Shown here piece after piece: positions 54,962 through 59,298 of a stretch of DNA of 59,298 nucleotides. The notes beneath the pieces are model-generated. The model worked only from the letters and a program-made list of their open reading frames with translations, had not been told where the DNA came from and did no database searches. Source of the DNA: an uncultured Candidatus Saccharibacteria bacterium (GTDB taxonomy: Bacteria; Patescibacteriota; Minisyncoccia; JACQLN01; CAZPCT01); NCBI GenBank assembly GCA_964600085.1, contig CAZRHU010000002.1, positions 1 through 59,298 on the forward strand, given 5' to 3'. Numbering within the stretch: position 1 is the first letter of the stretch; each line of letters starts with the position of its first letter. The position numbers and the translations under genes are program-made.

Positions 54962-56242
54962 TTATGATTTTATAATATTTTTTTCTAAAAATTCAAAGAC
55001 CTTTTCATTTCTAACTATACTCTGCACATAATTACTAAGAGCTTCTAGATCAACATCTTTAGAATCTTTAATATCTGGAGCTCCATTGATTATTTCTTGA
55101 GTTTTAGCTTCAACCTCTTCTTTAGATGCGGATATATTTTCCTTTTTTCCTATCTCTCTTAAGACCAAAGCAGACCTAACTCTTTTCTCAGCCTGATCTC
55201 TCCACTCTTTTCTAAGGTCTTCCTTTTTCTTTTTTAAGTGAGTTAAGTAATTTTCTTCATCTATATTCATTTTAGCTAAAGAAGATGAGAATTCTCCTTC
55301 CATCTTGTTGAGTTCTGCCTCTACTAATCCTTCGGGAATGTCCATAGAGCTATCTTTGACTATGGTCTCGACTATGTTGAGACGTGTTTTTTCTTTCTCT
55401 CTCTTCTTCTTCTCTTCTTCAAGCCCTTCTCTAACGTTATTTTTCAAATCTTCTAGAGATTGGAACTTGCCTAACTTTTTAGCAAACTCATCATTTATCT
55501 CGGGCAGTTCTACCTCTTGCACGTTTATCATTTTTACCTCAAAGTTCAGTTTTTTTCCAGCTATGTTTTTTTGGTGGTAGTCTTCCGGAATAGATACAAA
55601 AAACTCTTTTTCCTCTCCTTCTTTTAAGCCCTCTAACTTTTCCTCAAACCCCGGTATAAAGTGTTCCTCACCAATTATTAAGGGGTGTTGTTTGCTCTCT
55701 CCTCCTTCAATGGGCGCTCCATTTAAAGTAGCTTTAAAGTCAATTTCCACACGATCTCCCTTCTTGGCGGGTCTGTTGGCGTTTGAATAGTCTGCTCTTG
55801 ATTTTTGTAGTGTTTCTAGAGCTTTTTCTACTTCTTTTTCTTCTACTTTTACTTCTGCCGGTTTTATTTTTATGTTTTTATAATCTCCTAACTTTACTTC
55901 AGGCATAACAGAAACAATAGCTTTATACACAAGAGGATTTCCAGGCGCTGTCTTTAGGGGTTCTATTTGGGGTTGAGAAATTACCTCTAATTTTTCTTCC
56001 ATCGCTACTTTAGCGAACGATTCTTTAATTGCTGTGTCCACAACCTCTTTGAAGAATTTTTCTTTTCCAAGGTGGTTTTCTAATATTTCTGGGGGAACAC
56101 TTCCTTTGCGAAAACCTTTTACCTCTAGAGATTGCGAAAGCCTTTGGGCTGTTTTTTTCTTATACACTTCTAATTCTTCGGTTGATAATTCTACCTTTAT
56201 CTCTACTTGTGATTTTGGAAGGTCTTTTATTTCTTTAGTCAT
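54962..56242 (-). CDS. tig: trigger factor
   Basis: N-terminal ribosome-binding GFRKGSVP motif, a central FKBP-like domain and a C-terminal arm. Sits upstream of clpP. Confidence 0.9.
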   Translation of the reverse strand: MTKEIKDLPKSQVEIKVELSTEELEVYKKKTAQRLSQSLEVKGFRKGSVPPEILENHLGKEKFFKEVVDTAIKESFAKVAMEEKLEVISQPQIEPLKTAPGNPLVYKAIVSVMPEVKLGDYKNIKIKPAEVKVEEKEVEKALETLQKSRADYSNANRPAKKGDRVEIDFKATLNGAPIEGGESKQHPLIIGEEHFIPGFEEKLEGLKEGEEKEFFVSIPEDYHQKNIAGKKLNFEVKMINVQEVELPEINDEFAKKLGKFQSLEDLKNNVREGLEEEKKKREKEKTRLNIVETIVKDSSMDIPEGLVEAELNKMEGEFSSSLAKMNIDEENYLTHLKKKKEDLRKEWRDQAEKRVRSALVLREIGKKENISASKEEVEAKTQEIINGAPDIKDSKDVDLEALSNYVQSIVRNEKVFEFLEKNIIKS

Positions 56243-56271
56243 AGTTTGTTAGTTGGTGTTTAGTGTTAAGA

Positions 56272-57669
56272 CTAATCTTCTTTTTTATCATCTAACTTTT
56301 CTTTATTATTATCTTCTTCATCTTCATCTTCATTCTTATCCGTATCGCTTTCCTCTTCCTCTTCCTCTTCCTCTTCCTCTACCCCTGCCTCTATTTCTGC
56401 CTCTTCTCCTTTCTCTTCCTCGGGAGTTGTTGAGGGGTTGCTTTCCGCGACAGCTTCCTCAATTTCTTTTTTGTGTTCTTCTTCGCTTACACCCTCTTCT
56501 TCTAATAACTTCTCAGCTCCTCTGACATCTATTTTCCAGCCGGTAAGTTTAGCGGCCAGGCGGACGTTCTGTCCTCTTCTTCCAATAGCTAATGATAATT
56601 GATCTTCACTAACATCTACAACAGCAGTATGATTTTCTTCATCCAGATCTACATTAAGAACCTTTGCTGGCGATAGAGCGTTGGCGATAAAGTTTTCAGG
56701 GTCTTCTTCCCAAGCTGTAATGTCTATATTTTCGCCTCCCAGCTCACTAATTACAGCGCTAACCCTGATTCCTTTTTGTCCCACACAAGAGCCAACTGGA
56801 TCAACTCCTTCTTCGTTTGAAGAAACGGCTATTTTAGTTCTTGAGCCGGCCTCCCTAGCTATTGATTTTATCTCTACAATACCAGAAGCTATCTCTGGAA
56901 CCTCAAGTTCGAACAACTTAGAAACAATTCGTGGGTGACGTCTTGATAAAACTATGGCTGGTCCCCTAGAGTCCTTTTCTACTCTCACAACATAAACTCT
57001 TATTCTTTGTCCAGAGCGGTACCTTTCGTGAGGAATTTGTTCTTCTGGAAAAATAACACCGGTACTTCTACCTATATCAAGGTGCACCACCCCTCTTTCT
57101 ACTCTCTGGACTATTCCGGAAACAATATCTCCTTCCTTTTCTTTAAATTCTTCAAAAACAGCGTTTCTTTCAGCTTCTCTTATCCTTTGAATTACAACCT
57201 GTTTAGCTGTTTGAGCAGCGATTCTTCCAAAATCCTCTTTTGTTTCTAACGGCAGAACCAACTCTTCTCCTGCTTTAATATCCTTTTTTTCTTTTTTAGC
57301 GTCTTGAATCATCATGTGTCTCTTAGGATTGAAACGTACTTTTTTTATTTCTTCCTCCTCCTCTTCTTCTTGGGGCTCTTCTTTTTCTTTTTTATCATCA
57401 GAATCTTTTTCTCTTTTTTCTTCCATTTCTTTCAACTCGTTTTCAGAATAGATCATATCTTTATCAACCACTAGAAAAACCTGGGAAAATTCGGCTTTTC
57501 CTGTCTCTTCATTAAACTCTGCTCTTATATTTTCTCCTCTTTCTCCGTAATCTTTTTTATAAGCAGCAGCTAAGGCCTGTTCAATAATATCTGTAACCTC
57601 TTCCTTAGAGATGCCTTTTTCCTCAGCTATCTGGTCCATAGCCGATAGAAATTCTTTTATATTTATCAT
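56272..57669 (-). CDS. nusA: transcription termination/antitermination factor NusA with acidic insertion and acidic tail
   Basis: N-terminal domain, S1 and KH1/KH2 (GQKGIRV, GRRGQNVRLA). There is an acidic roughly 40-aa insert after the N-terminal domain and a roughly 90-aa Glu/Asp-rich C-terminus. Confidence 0.9.
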   Translation of the reverse strand: MINIKEFLSAMDQIAEEKGISKEEVTDIIEQALAAAYKKDYGERGENIRAEFNEETGKAEFSQVFLVVDKDMIYSENELKEMEEKREKDSDDKKEKEEPQEEEEEEEIKKVRFNPKRHMMIQDAKKEKKDIKAGEELVLPLETKEDFGRIAAQTAKQVVIQRIREAERNAVFEEFKEKEGDIVSGIVQRVERGVVHLDIGRSTGVIFPEEQIPHERYRSGQRIRVYVVRVEKDSRGPAIVLSRRHPRIVSKLFELEVPEIASGIVEIKSIAREAGSRTKIAVSSNEEGVDPVGSCVGQKGIRVSAVISELGGENIDITAWEEDPENFIANALSPAKVLNVDLDEENHTAVVDVSEDQLSLAIGRRGQNVRLAAKLTGWKIDVRGAEKLLEEEGVSEEEHKKEIEEAVAESNPSTTPEEEKGEEAEIEAGVEEEEEEEEEESDTDKNEDEDEEDNNKEKLDDKKED

Positions 57670-57866
57670 ATGTCTATTGTTTATCTTTTTTATTATCTAC
57701 ACCCTGTATTCTCTTAATCTTAATGACCTGAATATTTTATTAGGAAGATTAAGATTGTATTATATTCTTAAAAGAATAGCCCGCTTCTTAGCGGACCATA
57801 ATCAAGTAAAACAATCTTGAAAAAAGTCTAGCAGATAGAGATATGGGTGTCAAGCGAGGGTGGTTT

Positions 57867-58523
57867 TTAAGAAAAATAAACAGCTTTTTCTATGTGTTCT
57901 ATCTTAGCTCTACCTGTGTTTTTATCCAATATAATTCCAATTACGTCAATCTGCCAATCAATATTATTAGGTAATTTTTTATGAGATAAGTAAAGTTGAC
58001 AAGAACGCATTAATCTTTTTTGCTTTGAGTAAGTCACTTGTTCTTCCGGCCTCATTATATTTGAGCTCATTGTTTTAACCTCAACAAAGACAATCTTCTC
58101 TCTGAATGCATGTATTGAGCTTTGTTGAATTGTTCTACGTGGAACAATTAGTTTGTTTTTGCTAAAAATAGATTTTAATTTATTCCATATTGTTCTACGT
58201 GCTTGTCTGTTCCGTAGGCGGGGAACATTTTGATCTTTTTTCTCATTTTCTAGCTTTCTATTTTTCTCCATAATTGTTCCACGTGGAACAATTCGATCTT
58301 TTTTCTCAATTTTTAATTTTCTATTTTTCTCCATAATTGTTCCACGTGCCTGCCCGTTCCGTAGGTGGGGAACAATATCTTCTTTTTTAGAGCAAATAAT
58401 GTCAATTTCTCCCCATTTTCGACGAAAATTTCTATCAATTATCTTGTAACCTTTTCTTTCTAGGTGTTTTGAGGCTATTTCTTCTCCCCAAGCCCCAATT
58501 TTTATATTTGAACTGTTTCCCAT
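57867..58523 (-). CDS. yraN: YraN/UPF0102 PD-(D/E)xK nuclease-fold protein carrying a roughly 95-aa repeat insertion
   Basis: GAWGEEIASKHLERKGYKII..RKWGEIDII and VFVEVK..QKRL..IDWQIDVIGI match YraN. The normal spacing of about 5 aa between the D and ExK motifs is replaced by IVPRGTI/IVPHLRNGQARGTI repeats. Confidence 0.8.
   Translation of the reverse strand: MGNSSNIKIGAWGEEIASKHLERKGYKIIDRNFRRKWGEIDIICSKKEDIVPHLRNGQARGTIMEKNRKLKIEKKDRIVPRGTIMEKNRKLENEKKDQNVPRLRNRQARRTIWNKLKSIFSKNKLIVPRRTIQQSSIHAFREKIVFVEVKTMSSNIMRPEEQVTYSKQKRLMRSCQLYLSHKKLPNNIDWQIDVIGIILDKNTGRAKIEHIEKAVYFS
58138..58385. repeat. four palindromic repeat units (two short, two long) plus a duplicated 45-nt spacer, in frame inside yraN
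   Basis: Short units AATTGTTC(C/T)ACGTGGAACAATT lie at 58138-58159 and 58282-58303. Long units ATTGTTCYACGTGC(C/T)TG(C/T)C(C/T)GTTCCGTAGG(C/T)GGGGAACA lie at 58199-58238 and 58345-58385. Confidence 0.85.
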
Positions 58524-58594
58524 TTTTTCTTTTTATTGATTTATCAACTCACAGTCGATCCACTGAAGGTTGATAATTTTTTATTTTCTCTTAA

Positions 58595-58636
58595 AATTGT
58601 TCCACGTGCCTGCCCGCTCCGTAGGTGGGAACAATT
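58595..58636. repeat. fifth copy of the long palindromic unit, intergenic
   Basis: AATTGTTCCACGTGCCTGCCCGCTCCGTAGGTGGGAACAATT, 72 nt upstream of the yraN start. Confidence 0.85.
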
Positions 58637-58694
58637 TTAAAAATCAATAACTCTATAATTTTTAAGGTTATATAATCTATTATCTTGAGACACT

Positions 58695-58828
58695 GAACCT
58701 GTCCGGTCGAACCTGTCCGGTCGAACCTGTCCGGTCGAACCTGTCCGGTCGAATGACCGGATGACTGGATGACTGGATGACCCCTCAAGAGGGGTCGAAC
58801 CTGTCTGGTCGGATGACCGGATGACCCC
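58695..58828 (+). repeat. GC-rich tandem-repeat promoter-upstream module, copy C
   Basis: GAACCTGTCCGGTC x4 (58695-58750), GAATGACCGGATGACTGGATGACTGGATGACC, hairpin GACCCCTCAAGAGGGGTC (58779-58796), a further 14-mer, then GGATGACCGGATGACCCC abutting TTGACA. Confidence 0.85.
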
Positions 58829-58857
58829 TTGACAACTTATCATTTTATTGATATAAT
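58829..58857 (+). promoter_or_regulatory. consensus sigma70 promoter TTGACA-N17-TATAAT
   Basis: TTGACA at 58829-58834, 17-nt spacer, TATAAT at 58852-58857. Confidence 0.75.
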
Positions 58858-58906
58858 AGAACACATAGTTCCAATTTTGTCCAAAATGCTTTAACAAGGA
58901 GAAATT

Positions 58907-59101
58907 ATGAACAAGACTGAGATCGTCCCAACTTCTTCTGTCTCTCACTCAAATCGCTCCAAGCTCTTTCCTCGGCGCTGTGCCCCAACTCAGGTCGAGG
59001 CGCAGAGAAGAGAAGAGGTGGACTGGTCCTTCGGTCGGCGAGCCGGTCGGGTCAAGAAGTTTGATCCTCATGCCAACATGCTGGAGATCTCCAGGGCCTG
59101 A
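58907..59101 (+). CDS. 64-aa basic protein of unknown function in a GC-rich mini transcription unit (could instead be a non-coding RNA)
   Basis: AAGGAG lies 7 nt upstream of the ATG. The unit sits between a consensus promoter and a 15-bp-stem terminator. Hand count of 58981-59040 gives 38/60 G+C, and codon usage (GTC, CTC, CGC, CTG, AAG) is unlike neighbouring genes. Confidence 0.45.
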   Translation: MNKTEIVPTSSVSHSNRSKLFPRRCAPTQVEAQRREEVDWSFGRRAGRVKKFDPHANMLEISRA

Positions 59102-59123
59102 CGGACAAGTACCATTTTCTGAC

Positions 59124-59169
59124 GGAGCTCCGATCCGCCAACTGGCGGATCGGAGCTCTTTTCTTTTTT
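59124..59169 (+). terminator. strong intrinsic terminator
   Basis: GAGCTCCGATCCGCC-AACT-GGCGGATCGGAGCTC followed by TTTTCTTTTTT. Confidence 0.85.
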
Positions 59170-59176
59170 AATACTT

Positions 59177-59206
59177 TTGCTAATCTGTTACTATATATTA
59201 TATAAT
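59177..59206 (+). promoter_or_regulatory. candidate tRNA promoter TTGCTA-N18-TATAAT
   Basis: TTGCTA at 59177-59182 and TATAAT at 59201-59206, about 20 nt upstream of the tRNA. Confidence 0.45.
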
Positions 59207-59225
59207 TGTATTTCAGAAATACAAT

Positions 59226-59297
59226 GCGCCTGTAGCTCAATGGTAGAGCGCTAAGCTTATACCTTAGTGGTTCTAGGTTCGAGTCCTAGCGGGCGCA
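59226..59297 (+). tRNA. tRNA-Ile with genomically encoded UAU anticodon
   Basis: Acceptor GCGCCUG/CGGGCGC, D-arm GCUC-AAUGGUA-GAGC, anticodon stem CUAAG/CUUAG with loop CUUAUAC, and T-arm CUAGG-UUCGAGU-CCUAG. The window ends 1 nt after the discriminator. Confidence 0.75.
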
Positions 59298-59298
59298 C

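Noticed and set aside
58138-58636. The repeats near yraN could be a CRISPR array.
   Set aside because: The units come in two lengths (18 and about 40 nt). Spacing is irregular, the spacers themselves are duplicated, and four of five units lie in frame inside a recognisable gene. No cas genes are present.
58591-58948. ORF-track proteins 58591-58788 and 58637-58948 (minus strand).
   Set aside because: They are read-throughs of the tandem 14-mer and octamer repeats (peptides like GSTGQVRPDRFDRT repeated). There is no SD and they overlap the consensus promoter, so they are spurious.

Overview
AT-rich window from a small, gene-dense bacterial genome. The gene content and protein styles suggest a reduced CPR/Patescibacteria-like organism, but that is inference. 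It covers the replication-origin neighbourhood: dnaA-dnaN on the minus strand, divergent from rpmH-rnpA-yidD-yidC-jag. Around it lie housekeeping genes: pilB-type ATPase, ruvB, ruvC, yebC, PBP1A, tyrS, trpS, rsmA, pcrA/uvrD, comM, pnp, rpsO, xerC/D, htrA, gpmI, rny, hup, clpP, tig and nusA. There are also seven tRNA genes and many hairpin plus T-run terminators. The most interesting content is as follows. (1) A 10.5-kb, 12-gene minus-strand operon (15457-25904) encodes a minimal Gram-positive-style type IV secretion-like apparatus. It has VirB6/TrbL-like, PrgI/VirB3-like, split VirB4 and VirB2/TrbC-like pilin components plus seven unrecognisable envelope proteins. No coupling protein, relaxase or integrase is present. 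(2) A GC-rich tandem-repeat module occurs three times (14-mer GACCGGACAGGTTY, octamer GGATGACY, and a GACCCCTC..GAGGGGTC hairpin). It is fused directly to a TTGACA -35 box. One copy drives an orphan structured RNA and another drives a GC-rich mini transcription unit. (3) Palindromic repeats are inserted in frame inside the yraN nuclease gene. (4) A GIY-YIG gene is bracketed by 18-bp perfect inverted repeats that overlap the 5' end of tRNA-Pro. (5) A genomically encoded tRNA-Ile(UAU) is present. (6) A GC-rich three-gene island and a roughly 750-nt non-coding gap contain structured segments of unknown class. All calls come from reading the sequence and ORF track only; no database search was run.
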